From contig NIVC01000799.1 in NCBI GenBank assembly GCA_002269645.1, forward strand, positions 124,001 to 188,000: a stretch of DNA of 64,000 nucleotides. Reading direction: 5' to 3'. Position 1 is the stretch's first letter; each line of letters begins with the position of its first letter. The translations under genes were made by a program, and so were the position numbers. Source of the DNA: Macrostomum lignano. Lineage: Eukaryota. The notes below the pieces were generated by a model that had not been told where the DNA came from, made no database searches, and was given only the letters and a program-made list of their open reading frames with translations. Shown piece after piece: positions 1-14,100 of the stretch.

Positions 1-1777
1 CACTTTTATCTGTGCCCCCTTATCTCTGGTCACCCACTTTTATCTGTGCCCCCTTATCTCTGGTCACTCACTTTTATCTGTGCCCCCCTTATCTCTGGTC
101 ACTCACTTTTATCTGTGCCCCCTTATCTCTGGTCACTCACTTCTATCTGTGCCCCTTATCTCTGGTCACCCACTTTTATCTGTGCCCCCTTATCTCTGGT
201 CACCCACTTTTATCTGTGCCCCCTTATCTCTGGTCACTCACTTTTATCTGTGCCCCTTATCTCTGGTCACCCACTTTTATCTGTGCCCCCTTATCTCTGG
301 TCACCCGCTTTTATCTGTGCCCCTTATCTCTGGTCACTCACTTTTATCTGTGCCCCCTTATCTCTGGTCACCCACTTTTATCTGTGCCCCCTTATCTCTG
401 GTCACCCACTTTTATCTGTGCCCCTTATCTCTGGTCACCCACTTTTATCTGTGCCCCCTTATCTCTGGTCAGCCGCTTTTATCTGTGCCCCCTTATCTCT
501 GGTCACCCGCTTTTATCTGTGCCCCCTTATCTCTGGTCAGCCGCTTTTATCTGTGCCCCTTATCTCTGGTCACTCACTTTTATCTGTGCCCCCTTATCTC
601 TGGTCACTCACTTTTATCTGTGCCCCCTTATCTCTGGTCACTCACTTTTATCTGTGCCCCCTTATCTCTGGTCACTCACTTTTATCTGTGCCCCCTTATC
701 TCTGGTCAGCCGCTTTTATCTGTGCCCCCCTTATCTCTGGTCACCCACTTTTATCTGTGCCCCCCTTATCTCTGGTCACCCACTTTTATCTGTGCCCCTT
801 ATCTCTGGTCAGCCGCTTTTATCTGTGCCCCCTTATCTCTGGTCACCCGCTTTTATCTGTGCCCCCTTATCTCTGGTCAGCCGCTTTTATCTGTGCCCCT
901 TATCTCTGGTCACTCACTTTTATCTGTGCCCCCTTATCTCTGGTCACTCACTTTTATCTGTGCCCCCTTATCTCTGGTCACTCACTTTTATCTGTGCCCC
1001 CTTATCTCTGGTCACTCACTTTTATCTGTGCCCCCTTATCTCTGGTCAGCCGCTTTTATCTGTGCCCCCCTTATCTCTGGTCACCCACTTTTATCTGTGC
1101 CCCCCTTATCTCTGGTCACCCACTTTTATCTGTGCCCCCCTTATCTCTGGTCAATCGGTTTTATCTGTGCCCCCTTATCTCTGGTCACCCGCTTTTATCT
1201 GTGCCCCCTTATCTCTGGTCACTCACTTTTATCTGTGCCCCCTTATCTCTGGTCACCCGCTTTTATCTGTGCCCCCTTATCTCTGGTCACCCGCTTTTAT
1301 CTGTGCCCCTTATCTCTGGTCACTCACTTTTATCTGTGCCCCCCTTATCTCTTGTCAATCGGTTTTATCTGTGCCCCCTTATCTCTGGTCACTCACTTTT
1401 ATCTGTGCCCCCTTATCTCTGGTCACCCGCTTTTATCTGTGCCCCTTATCTCTGGTCACTCACTTTTATCTGTGCCCCCTTATCTCTGGTCAGCCGCTTT
1501 TATCTGTGCCCCTTATCTCTGGTCACTCACTTTTATCTGTGCCCCCTTATCTCTGGTCAGCCGCTTTTATCTGTGCCCCTTATCTCTGGTCACTCACTTT
1601 TATCTGTGCCCCCTTATCTCTTGTCAATCGGTTTTATCTGTGCCCCTTATCTCTTGTCAATCGGTTTTATCTGTGCCCCCTTATCTCTTGTCAATCGGTT
1701 TTATCTGTGCCCCTTATCTCTTGTCAATCGGTTTTATCTGTGCCCCCTTATCTCTTGTCAATCGGTTTTATCTGTGC
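1..1777. repeat. Minisatellite array, 33-35-bp unit CACTTTTATCTGTGCCCC(C)(C)TTATCTCTGGTCAC(C/T); runs off the left edge of the window
   Basis: Continuous tandem repetition with variable C-run length. Unit variants (GTCAGCCGC, GTCAATCGG) cluster towards the 3' end. Confidence 0.98.
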
Positions 1778-2830
1778 CATCAGCTCCCTTGTCATTCGCC
1801 ACGCCAGAAATCACCGTAAATTATTCATTTAATTTCCCTCCCTAAAGTAACTGACTGTTGTTCCAAGTTGAAAATTGAAAAAAATCAAAACTGGATTGTA
1901 CAAGCTATTTTTGAGTCGTAAACATGCAAGATTTTATTGTTCTTTAGATAGCTATTTTTTCGTGAAATGTTATTGACTCGAACGAAGGTTTTGTCCATGC
2001 TAGTGGATCACTGTTTATAGTCTGTTTTGTGCTCGCTTTTATTGAGGAACAAATGGATTTCTGAACTCATTTTTTTATTGTCCGTACAGAATCTCTGAAT
2101 AAAAAATCATACATCAGTTTTAGACCCGCTGTAATCAAAAAAGCTAATTTTGTCCAACCGTCAACTTTCGATGTAGTTTCGTCGTATAAATCAATGATTG
2201 TCTAAAAAACGAAAAAATACAATCGTGCGTTGTATGTAAAAGTTAAAAAACTCTAGCTATTTGCTCAGTGACAATCGTAAATCCTTTTCTGCATCAGAGA
2301 GGCTGGGATGCATCGCTTAGCTCAGCCAATGAAGCTCAGTGAGACTCGGCTTTTTCCAAGACTCCCATTTAGGCGGATACTGAAATTGAAGCATCATAAA
2401 GTTGTAGTGGATGGAGGGGAGGCAGCGGATGGAGGAATGCAGGGGAAAATCCTCATAGATTGGCAGAGCGAATGTCAGACGATTTTTCAGACAATATGCC
2501 CTTGTGCAAATTTCAGACAATACATGTGTATAATTAGTCTGAAATTTGCTCAGCCAGTTTTTGAAAAAATTGAGAATGAAAGGAACATAAAAATAAAGCA
2601 ATCAAAGCACTGATCGCCGCCAGAAATCCGTCTGAAGTTCCGACGTTCTACATCGGATGGCAACAGAGAATCGAGTCGGGTAGACAAAGGTTCGAGCCAG
2701 TACAGAGTTGGTTCTGGTTCCATGAGAGAGTGGAATTGTGTAAATGATGATCCAAATAGATATTAAAGTACCCTTTTTGAAGGAGAGATCATTGTCGCGA
2801 TCTTTTGGAGGGTCTTCCAAGAATTCGCGA

Positions 2831-3430
2831 CACACAAACTGACGACTCCAACTCAAGTCAGCCTTGAGCTCCAATTCCAACACACAAACTGACGACTCCA
2901 ACTCAAGTGAGCCTTGAGCTTCAATTCCAACACACAAACTGACGACTCCAACTCAAGTCAGCCTTGAGCTTCAATTCCAACACACAAACTGACGACTCCA
3001 ACTCAAGTCAGCCTTGAGCTTCAATTCCAACACACAAACTGACGACTCCAACTCAAGTCAGCCTTGAGCTTCAATTCCAACACACAAACTGACGACTCCA
3101 ACTCAAGTCAGCCTTGAGCTTCAATTCCAACACACAAACTGACGACTCCAACTCAAGTCAGCCTTGAGCTTCAATTCCAACACACAAACTGACGACTCCA
3201 ACTCAAGTCAGCCTTGAGCTTCAATTCCAACACACAAACTGACGACTCCAACTCAAGTCAGCCTTGAGCTTCAATTCCAACACACAAACTGACGACTCCA
3301 ACTCAAGTCAGCCTTGAGCTTCAATTCCAACACACAAACTGACGACTCCAACTCAAGTCAGCCTTGAGCTTCAATTCCAACACACAAACTGACGACTCCA
3401 ACTCAAGTCAGCCTTGAGCTTCAATTCCAA
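2831..3430. repeat. 12 tandem copies of a 50-bp unit CACACAAACTGACGACTCCAACTCAAGTCAGCCTTGAGCTTCAATTCCAA
   Basis: 600 bp = 12 x 50. Only copies 1 and 2 carry single substitutions. The unit has an internal inverted repeat CTCAAG-n5-CTTGAG. Confidence 0.97.
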
Positions 3431-3948
3431 AACCAGGGAAGTCGCCCAGAGCAGTCGCTCGGCTTTCCAAGAAGATGAAGCGCTCCCAACAGGAAGGGAA
3501 GCTGAGGAGAAATGACTCTACAGGCTCCGGTTTTGATTGATTGGCGGTGGTCCCAGATTCGCCCCATCCCCCCCCCCCCGAGGCATCCTGTTTGTCCGGA
3601 GCTCAGCGGTGAGCAGACTTCTGAAATTCTGACGCGTAGAACCTTTTCCAAGATTCACCGGTAGCCCGCATCGCTCTGTGGATGTCTCTCATTGTTTTTC
3701 CAGGGCAAACATCAGTGCGGCTGGAGCGGCTGCATCAGCGCTGAAACTGATGCTGAGCCTGCATGGCAACAGGAGGCTGCCAGAGATGTGTGCCGATAGA
3801 TGAAAATTTCTGCGTAGGCAGGATTTCTCAATGCATGTGACTAGACTGTCTAGCTCGAGCTGAAATTTTATCCTGCTAAATTCAATAGAAGTCGGGGTAG
3901 CCTGAGCATATTAAATAACTTTTGGATAGTTGCCAAGCAGTGGGTAAA

Positions 3949-4479
3949 TTGGTTGCTAGACAGCCAGTAGCTTGGTTGCTAGGAAGAGATCGAGTAGCGT
4001 GGTTGCTAGGCAGAGATCGAATAGCTTGGTTGCTAGGCAGGCAGTACATGTAGCTTGGTTGCTAGACAGCCAGTAGCTTGGTTGCTAGGCATGCAGTACA
4101 TGTAGCTTGGTTGCTAGACAGCCAGTAGCTTGGTTGCTAGGCAGGCAGTACATGTAGCTTGGTTGCTAGACAGCCAGTAGCTTGGTTGCTAGGCAGGCAG
4201 TACATGTAGCTTGGTTGCTAGACAGCTAGTAGCTTGGTTGCTAGACAGCCAGTAGCTTGGTTGCTAGACAGCCAGTAGCTTGGTTGCTAGGCAGGGAGTA
4301 GCTTGGTTGCTAGGCAGAGATCGAGTAGCTTGGTTGCTAAGCAGTGAGAGACTTTGTTGCTAGACAGCCAGTAGCTTGGTTGCTAGACAGTGAAAGACTT
4401 TGTTGCTAGGCAGAGAGTAGCTTGGTTGCTAGGCAGCGAGTGGTTTGGTGGCTGAGCAGCGAATAGTTTGATTGCTAGA
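3949..4479. repeat. Degenerate minisatellite with core GTAGCTTGGTTGCTAG (units about 23-28 bp)
   Basis: About 20 imperfect copies alternating ACAGCCA and GCAGGCAGTACAT variants. Confidence 0.9.
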
Positions 4480-5165
4480 TCTAGGATCAATAAAAATGCT
4501 CCTAATGATCAAATTCCATTGTTGTTATTGTTTAAAAGTGCACAAAGTAAGTTTGAACTGGATGCAAGCTGTGGTAATCAGAAGTTGCTAAGATTTATCG
4601 GCGCCATCAAATGCCTAATTAACCGAGACCAGTGACGCTGGTGGAGGCTTTGAATTGACTCTTCAGCTCACTTACTGCAGACGACAATAGGACAAGATGG
4701 GAACGACTGAAGGATCATAGCGACAGTGGGCAGCGATAGTCGAAAGGGCGGGATGCGAGACTTGAAGGCGCCGTGTGACCCCTGAGGAGGGCCTTAGAAT
4801 TCAAGCTTAAGACCCCAGCTTAATGGAATGATGGACTGATAGCTGAAAACCTAATCGCGTCACTTCATCAAACTTCAGTGCCAATTTCATTGTTGCTACT
4901 TTTCCCAATTATCCCTCTCAGGCACACAGAGGGATTAAATCAGTCAATTTCCTGTATAAATCAGAGCCCTAAAATCTCTTCCATTTCCCCTCTACGCCGA
5001 ATACTTTCGCAGGCTGTTTATAGCTGCCGTCAGAGAAGTTGAGGTCCCAGACTCTGGTTACGCCTTGACAACCATGACAGAGTTGTGCTAAAGTACACTT
5101 TGCTAAAAATTGCAAATTCTAAGAAAAAGTAAGACAGCCGCTTTCTAGAACTAGTGACCTCATCC

Positions 5166-8100
5166 GAAGCGAGCAGACCAAGGATACAAACCCAGCCGAG
5201 CAGACCAGGACACAAACCTAGCAGGAGCGAGCAGACCAAAGACACAAACCTAGCAGGAGCGAACAGACCAAAGACACAAACCTAGTCGAAGCGATCAGAC
5301 CAGGACACAAACCTAGCAGGAGCGAACAGACCAGGACACAAACCTAGCCGAAACGAGCAGACCAGGACACAAACCTAGCAGGAGCGAGCAGACCAGGACA
5401 CAAACCTAGCCGAAGCGAGCAGACCAGGACACAAACCTAGCCGAAGCGAGCAGACCAGGACACAAACCTAGCAGGAGCGAGCAGACCAAAGACACAAACC
5501 TAGCAGGAGCGAGCAGACCAGGACACAAACCTAGTCGAAGCGATCAGACCAGGACACAAACCTAGCAGGAGCGAGCAGACCAGGACACAAACCTAGCCGA
5601 AGCAAACAGACCAGGACACAAACCTAGCCGAAGCGAGCAGACCAGGACACAAACCTAGCCGAAGCGAGCAGACCAGGACACAAACCTAGCAGGAGCGAGC
5701 AGACCAAAGACACAAACCTAGCAGGAGCGAGCAGACCAAAGACACAAACCTAGTCGAAGCGATCAGACCAGGACACAAACCTAGCAGGAGCGAGCAGACC
5801 AGGACACAAACCTAGCCGAAGCGAGCAGACCAGGACACAAACCTAGTCGAAGCGAGCAGACCAGGACACAAACCTAGCAGGAGCGAGCAGACCAGGACAC
5901 AAACCTAGCCGAAGCGAGCAGACCAGGACACAAACCTAGCAGGAGCGAGCAGACCAGGCCACAAACCTAGTCGAAGCGAGCAGACCAGGACACAAACCTA
6001 GCAGGAGCGAGCAGACCAAAGACACAAACCTAGCAGGAGCGAGCAGACCAGGACACAAACCTAGCCGAAGCGAGCAGACCAGGACACAAACCTAGCAGGA
6101 GCGAGCAGACCAGGACACAAACCTAGCCGAAGCGAGCAGACCAGGACACAAACCTAGCAGGAGCGAGCAGACCAGGACACAAACCTAGTCGAAGCGATCA
6201 GACCAGGACACAAACCTAGCAGGAGCGAGCAGACCAAAGACACAAACCTAGCAGGAGCGAGCAGACCAGGACACAAACATAGCCGAAGCGAGCAGACCAA
6301 AGACACAAACCTAGCAGGAGCGAGCAGACCAAAGACACAAACCTAGTCGAAGCGAGCAGACCAGGACACAAACCTAGCAGGAGCGAGCAGACCAAAGACA
6401 CAAACCTAGCAGGAGCGAGCAGACCAGGACACAAACATAGCAGGAGCGAGCAGACCAAAGACACAAACCTAGCAGGAGCGAGCAGACCAAAGACACAAAC
6501 CTAGTCGAAGCGAGCAGACCAGGACACAAACCTAGCAGGAGCGAGCAGACCAAAGACACAAACCTAGCAGGAGCGAGCAGACCAGGACACAAACATAGCA
6601 GGAGCGAGCAGACCAGGACACAAACCTAGCAGGAGCGAGCAGACAAGGACACAAACATAGCAGGAGCGAGCAGACCAAAGACACAAACCTAGCAGGAGCG
6701 AGCAGACCAAAGACACAAACCTAGCAGGAGCGAGCAGACCAGGACACAAACCTAGCAGGAGCGAGCAGACCAGGACACAAACCTAGCAGGAGCGAGCAGA
6801 CCAAAGACACAAACCTAGCAGGAGCGAGCAGACCAAAGACACAAACCTAGTCGAAGCGATCAGACCAGGACACAAACCTAGCAGGAGCGAGCAGACCAGG
6901 ACACAAACCTAGCCGAAGCGAGCAGACCAGGACACAAACCTAGCAGGAGCGAGCAGACCAGGACACAAACCTAGCCGAAGCGAGCAGACCAGGACACAAA
7001 CCTAGCCGAAGCGAGCAGACCAGGACACAAACCTAGTCGAAGCGATCAGACCAGGACACAAACCTAGCAGGAGCGAGCAGACCAGGACACAAACCTAGTC
7101 GAAGCGATCAGACCAGGACACAAACCTAGCAGTAGCGAGCAGACCAGGACACAAACCTAGCCGAAGCGAGCAGACCAGGACACAAACCTAGCCGAAGCGA
7201 GCAGACCAGGACACAAACCTAGCCGAAGCGAGCAGACCAGGACACAAACCTAGCAGGAGCGAGCAGACCAAAGACACAAACCTAGCAGGAGCGAGCAGAC
7301 CAAAGACACAAACCTAGTCGAAGCGATCAGACCAGGACACAAACCTAGCAGGAGCGAGCAGACCAGGACACAAACCTAGCCGAAGCGAGCAGACCAGGAC
7401 ACAAACCTAGTCGAAGCGATCAGACCAGGACACAAACCTAGCAGGAGCGAGCAGACCAGGACACAAACCTAGCCGAAGCGAGCAGACCAGGACACAAACC
7501 TAGCAGGAGCGAGCAGACCAGGACACAAACCTAGTCGAAGCGAGCAGACCAGGACACAAACCTAGCAGGAGCGAGCAGACCAAAGACACAAACCTAGCAG
7601 GAGCGAGCAGACCAGGACACAAACATAGCCGAAGCGAGCAGACCAAAGACACAAATCTAGCAGGAGCGAGCAGACCAAAGACACAAACCTAGTCGAGCGA
7701 GCAGACCAGGACACAAACCTAGCAGGAGCGAGCAGACCAAAGACACAAACCTAGCAGGAGAGAGCAGACCAGGACACAAACATAGCAGGAGCGAGCAGAC
7801 CAAAGACACAAACCTAGCAGGAGCGAGCAGACCAGGACACAAACCTAGCCGAAGCGAGCAGACCAGGACACAAACCTAGCAGGAGCGAGCAGACCAAAGA
7901 CACAAACCTAGCAGGAGCGAGCAGACCAGGACACAAACATAGCAGGAGCGAGCAGACCAAAGACACAAACCTAGCAGGAGCGAGCAGACCAGGACACAAA
8001 CATAGCCGAAGCGAGCAGACCAAAGACACAAACCTAGCAGGAGCGAGCAGACCAAAGACACAAACCTAGTCGAAGCGAGCAGACCAGGACACAAACCTAG

Positions 8101-11100
8101 CAGGAGCGAGCAGACCAGGACACAAACCTAGTCGAAGCGATCAGACCAGGACACAAACCTAGCAGGAGCGAGCAGACCAGGACACAAACCTAGCCGAAGC
8201 GAGCAGACCAGGACACAAACCTAGCAGGAGCGAGCAGACCAGGACACAAACCTAGCCGAAGCGAGCAGACCAGGACACAAACCTAGCAGGAGCGAGCAGA
8301 CCAAAGACACAAACCTAGCAGCAGCGAGCAGACCAGGACACAAACATAGCAGGAGCGAGCAGACCAAAGACACAAACCTAGCAGGAGCGAGCAGACCAGG
8401 ACACAAACCTAGCCGAAACGAGCAGACCAGGACACAAACCTAGCAGGAGCGAGCAGACCAGGACACAAACCTAGTCGAAGCGAGCAGACCAGGACACAAA
8501 CCTAGCAGGAGCGAGCAGACCAAAGACACAAACCTAGCAGGAGCGAGCAGACCAGGACACAAACATAGCCGAAGCGAGCAGACCAAAGACACAAACCTAG
8601 CAGGAGCGAGCAGACCAAAGACACAAACCTAGTCGAAGCGAGCAGACCAGGACACAAACCTAGCAGGAGCGAGCAGACCAAAGACACAAACCTAGCAGGA
8701 GCGAGCAGACCAGGACACAAACATAGCAGGAGCGAGCAGACCAGGACACAAACCTAGCAGGAGCGAGCAGACAAGGACACAAACATAGCAGGAGCGAGCA
8801 GACCAAAGACACAAACCTAGCAGGAGCGAGCAGACCAAAGACACAAACCTAGCAGGAGCGAGCAGACCAGGACACAAACCTAGCAGGAGCGAGCAGACCA
8901 GGACACAAACCTAGCAGGAGCGAGCAGACCAAAGACACAAACCTAGCAGGAGCGAGCAGACCAAAGACACAAACCTAGTCGAAGCGATCAGACCAGGACA
9001 CAAACCTAGCAGGAGCGAGCAGACCAGGACACAAACCTAGCCGAAGCGAGCAGACCAGGACACAAACCTAGCAGGAGCGAGCAGACCAAAGACACAAACC
9101 TAGCAGGAGCGAGCAGACCAGGACACAAACATAGCCGAAGCGAGCAGACCAAAGACACAAACCTAGCAGGAGCGAGCAGACCAAAGACACAAACCTAGTC
9201 GAAGCGAGCAGACCAGGACACAAACCTAGCAGGAGCGAGCAGACCAAAGACACAAACCTAGCAGGAGCGAGCAGACCAGGACACAAACATAGCAGGAGCG
9301 AGCAGACCAGGACACAAACCTAGCAGGAGCGAGCAGACAAGGACACAAACATAGCAGGAGCGAGCAGACCAAAGACACAAACCTAGCAGGAGCGAGCAGA
9401 CCAAAGACACAAACCTAGCAGGAGCGAGCAGACCAGGACACAAACCTAGCAGGAGCGAGCAGACCAGGACACAAACCTAGCAGGAGCGAGCAGACCAAAG
9501 ACACAAACCTAGCAGGAGCGAGCAGACCAAAGACACAAACCTAGTCGAAGCGATCAGACCAGGACACAAACCTAGCAGGAGCGAGCAGACCAGGACACAA
9601 ACCTAGCCGAAGCGAGCAGACCAGGACACAAACCTAGCAGGAGCGAGCAGACCAGGACACAAACCTAGCCGAAGCGAGCAGACCAGGACACAAACCTAGC
9701 CGAAGCGAGCAGACCAGGACACAAACCTAGTCGAAGCGATCAGACCAGGACACAAACCTAGCAGGAGCGAGCAGACCAGGACACAAACCTAGTCGAAGCG
9801 ATCAGACCAGGACACAAACCTAGCAGTAGCGAGCAGACCAGGACACAAACCTAGCCGAAGCGAGCAGACCAGGACACAAACCTAGCCGAAGCGAGCAGAC
9901 CAGGACACAAACCTAGCCGAAGCGAGCAGACCAGGACACAAACCTAGCAGGAGCGAGCAGACCAAAGACACAAACCTAGCAGGAGCGAGCAGACCAAAGA
10001 CACAAACCTAGTCGAAGCGATCAGACCAGGACACAAACCTAGCAGGAGCGAGCAGACCAGGACACAAACCTAGCCGAAGCGAGCAGACCAGGACACAAAC
10101 CTAGCGAAGCGATCAGACCAGGACACAAACCTAGCAGGAGCGAGCAGACCAGGACACAAACCTAGCCGAAGCGAGCAGACCAGGACACAAACCTAGCAGG
10201 AGCGAGCAGACCAGGACACAAACCTAGTCGAAGCGAGCAGACCAGGACACAAACCTAGCAGGAGCGAGCAGACCAAAGACACAAACCTAGCAGGAGCGAG
10301 CAGACCAGGACACAAACATAGCCGAAGCGAGCAGACCAAAGACACAAACCTAGCAGGAGCGAGCAGACCAAAGACACAAACCTAGTCGAAGCGAGCAGAC
10401 CAGGACACAAACCTAGCAGGAGCGAGCAGACCAAAGACACAAACCTAGCAGGAGCGAGCAGACCAGGACACAAACATAGCAGGAGCGAGCAGACCAAAGA
10501 CACAAACCTAGCAGGAGCGAGCAGACCAAAGACACAAACCTAGTCGAAGCGAGCAGACCAGGACACAAACCTAGCAGGAGCGAGCAGACCAAAGACACAA
10601 ACCTAGCAGGAGCGAGCAGACCAGGACACAAACATAGCAGGAGCGAGCAGACCAGGACACAAACCTAGCAGGAGCGAGCAGACAAGGACACAAACATAGC
10701 AGGAGCGAGCAGACCAAAGACACAAACCTAGCAGGAGCGAGCAGACCAAAGACACAAACCTAGCAGGAGCGAGCAGACCAGGACACAAACCTAGCAGGAG
10801 CGAGCAGACCAGGACACAAACCTAGCAGGAGCGAGCAGACCAGACACAAACCTAGCAGGAGCGAGCAGACCAAAGACACAAACCTAGCGAAGCGAGCAGA
10901 CCAGGACACAAACCTAGCAGGAGCGAGCAGACCAGGACACAAACCTAGCCGAAGCGAGCAGACCAGGACACAAACCTAGCAGGAGCGAGCAGACCAGGAC
11001 ACAAACCTAGCCGAAGCGAGCAGACCAGGACACAAACCTAGCCGAAGCGAGCAGACCAGGACACAAACCTAGTCGAAGCGAGCAGACCAGGACACAAACC

Positions 11101-14100
11101 TAGCAGGAGCGAGCAGACCAGGACACAAACCTAGTCGAAGCGATCAGACCAGGACACAAACCTAGCAGTAGCGAGCAGACCAGGACACAAACCTAGCCGA
11201 AGCGAGCAGACCAGGACACAAACCTAGCCGAAGCGAGCAGACCAGGACACAAACCTAGCCGAAGCGAGCAGACCAGGACACAAACCTAGCAGGAGCGAGC
11301 AGACCAAAGACACAAACCTAGCAGGAGCGAGCAGACCAAAGACACAAACCTAGTCGAAGCGAGCAGACCAGGACACAAACCTAGCAGGAGCGAGCAGACC
11401 AGGACACAAACCTAGCCGAAGCGAGCAGACCAGGACACAAACCTAGCGAAGCGAGCAGACCAGACACAAACCTAGCAGGAGCGAGCAGACCAGGACACAA
11501 ACCTAGCCGAAGCGAGCAGACCAGGACACAAACCTAGCAGGAGCGAGCAGACCAGGACACAAACCTAGTCGAAGCGAGCAGACCAGGACACAAACCTAGC
11601 AGGAGCGAGCAGACCAAAGACACAAACCTAGCAGGAGCGAGCAGACCAGGACACAAACATAGCCGAAGCGAGCAGACCAAAGACACAAATCTAGCAGGAG
11701 CGAGCAGACCAAAGACACAAACCTAGTCGGAGCGAGCAGACCAGGACACAAACCTAGCAGGAGCGAGCAGACCAAAGACACAAACCTAGCAGGAGAGAGC
11801 AGACCAGGACACAAACATAGCAGGAGCGAGCAGACCAAAGACACAAACCTAGCAGGAGCGAGCAGACCAGGACACAAACCTAGCCGAAGCGAGCAGACCA
11901 GGACACAAACCTAGCAGGAGCGAGCAGACCAAAGACACAAACCTAGCAGGAGCGAGCAGACCAGGACACAAACATAGCAGGAGCGAGCAGACCAAAGACA
12001 CAAACCTAGCAGGAGCGAGCAGACCAGGACACAAACATAGCCGAAGCGAGCAGACCAAAGACACAAACCTAGCAGGAGCGAGCAGACCAGACACAAACCT
12101 AGCGAAGCGAGCAGACCAGGACACAAACCTAGCAGGAGCGAGCAGACCAGGACACAAACCTAGTCGAAGCGAGCAGACCAGGACACAAACCTAGCAGGAG
12201 CGAGCAGACCAGGACACAAACCTAGCCGAAGCGAGCAGACCAGGACACAAACCTAGCAGGAGCGAGCAGACCAGGACACAAACCTAGCCGAAGCGAGCAG
12301 ACCAGGACACAAACCTAGCAGGAGCGAGCAGACCAAAGACACAAACCTAGCAGGAGCGAGCAGACCAGGACACAAACATAGCAGGAGCGAGCAGACCAAA
12401 GACACAAACCTAGCAGGAGCGAGCAGACCAGGACACAAACCTAGCCGAAGCGAGCAGACCAGGACACAAACCTAGCAGGAGCGAGCAGACCAGGACACAA
12501 ACCTAGCGAAGCGAGCAGACCAGGACACAAACCTAGCAGGAGCGAGCAGACCAAAGACACAAACCTAGCAGGAGCGAGCAGACCAGGACACAAACATAGC
12601 CGAAGCGAGCAGACCAGACACAAACCTAGCAGGAGCGAGCAGACCAAAGACACAAACCTAGCGAAGCGAGCAGACCAGGACACAAACCTAGCAGGAGCGA
12701 GCAGACCAAAGACACAAACCTAGCAGGAGCGAGCAGACCAGGACACAAACATAGCAGGAGCGAGCAGACCAGGACACAAACATAGCAGGAGCGAGCAGAC
12801 CAAGGACACAAACCTAGCAGGAGCGAGCAGACCAAAGACACAAACCTAGCAGGAGCGAGCAGACCAAAGACACAAACCTAGCAGGAGCGAGCAGACCAGG
12901 ACACAAACCTAGCAGGAGCGAGCAGACCAGGACACAAACCTAGCAGGAGCGAGCAGACCAAAGACACAAACCTAGCAGGAGCGAGCAGACCAAAGACACA
13001 AACCTAGCGAAGCGAGCAGACCAGGACACAAACCTAGCAGGAGCGAGCAGACCAGGACACAAACCTAGCGAAGCGAGCAGACCAGGACACAAACCTAGCA
13101 GGAGCGAGCAGACCAAAGACACAAACCTAGCAGGAGCGAGCAGACCAGGACACAAACCTAGCCGAAGCGAGCAGACCAAAGACACAAACCTAGCAGGAGC
13201 GAGCAGACCAAAGACACAAACCTAGCGAAGCGAGCAGACCAGGACACAAACCTAGCAGGAGCGAGCAGACCAAAGACACAAACCTAGCAGGAGCGAGCAG
13301 ACCAGGACACAAACATAGCAGGAGCGAGCAGACCAGGACACAAACATAGCAGGAGCGAGCAGACCAAAGACACAAACCTAGCAGGAGCGAGCAGACCAAA
13401 GACACAAACCTAGCAGGAGCGAGCAGACCAAAGACACAAACCTAGCAGGAGCGAGCAGACCAGGACACAAACCTAGCAGGAGCGAGCAGACCAGGACACA
13501 AACCTAGCAGGAGCGAGCAGACCAAAGACACAAACCTAGCAGGAGCGAGCAGACCAGGACACAAACCTAGCGAAGCGAGCAGACCAGGACACAAACCTAG
13601 CAGGAGCGAGCAGACCAGGACACAAACCTAGCCGAAGCGAGCAGACCAGGACACAAACCTAGCAGGAGCGAGCAGACCAGGACACAAACCTAGCCGAAGC
13701 GAGCAGACCAGGACACAAACCTAGCGAGCGAGCAGACCAGGACACAAACCTAGCGAAGCGAGCAGACCAGGACACAAACCTAGCAGGAGCGAGCAGACCA
13801 GGACACAAACCTAGCGAAGCGAGCAGACCAGGACACAAACCTAGCAGCGAGCAGACCAGGACACAAACCTAGCCGAAGCGAGCAGACCAGGACACAAACC
13901 TAGCCGAGCGAGCAGACCAGGACACAAACCTAGCCGAAGCGAGCAGACCAGGACACAAACCTAGCAGGAGCGAGCAGACCAAAGACACAAACCTAGCAGG
14001 AGCGAGCAGACCAGGACACAAACCTAGCGAAGCGAGCAGACCAGGACACAAACCTAGCAGGAGCGAGCAGACCAGGACACAAACCTAGCGAAGCGAGCAG

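Noticed and set aside
12-1845. Three overlapping 580-606-aa ORFs
   Set aside because: Artefact of a stop-free minisatellite strand: all three frames give the same shuffled peptides.
2831-3430. CRISPR-like appearance (regular repeats with internal palindrome)
   Set aside because: Units are contiguous with no unique spacers, there are no cas genes, and the context is eukaryotic.
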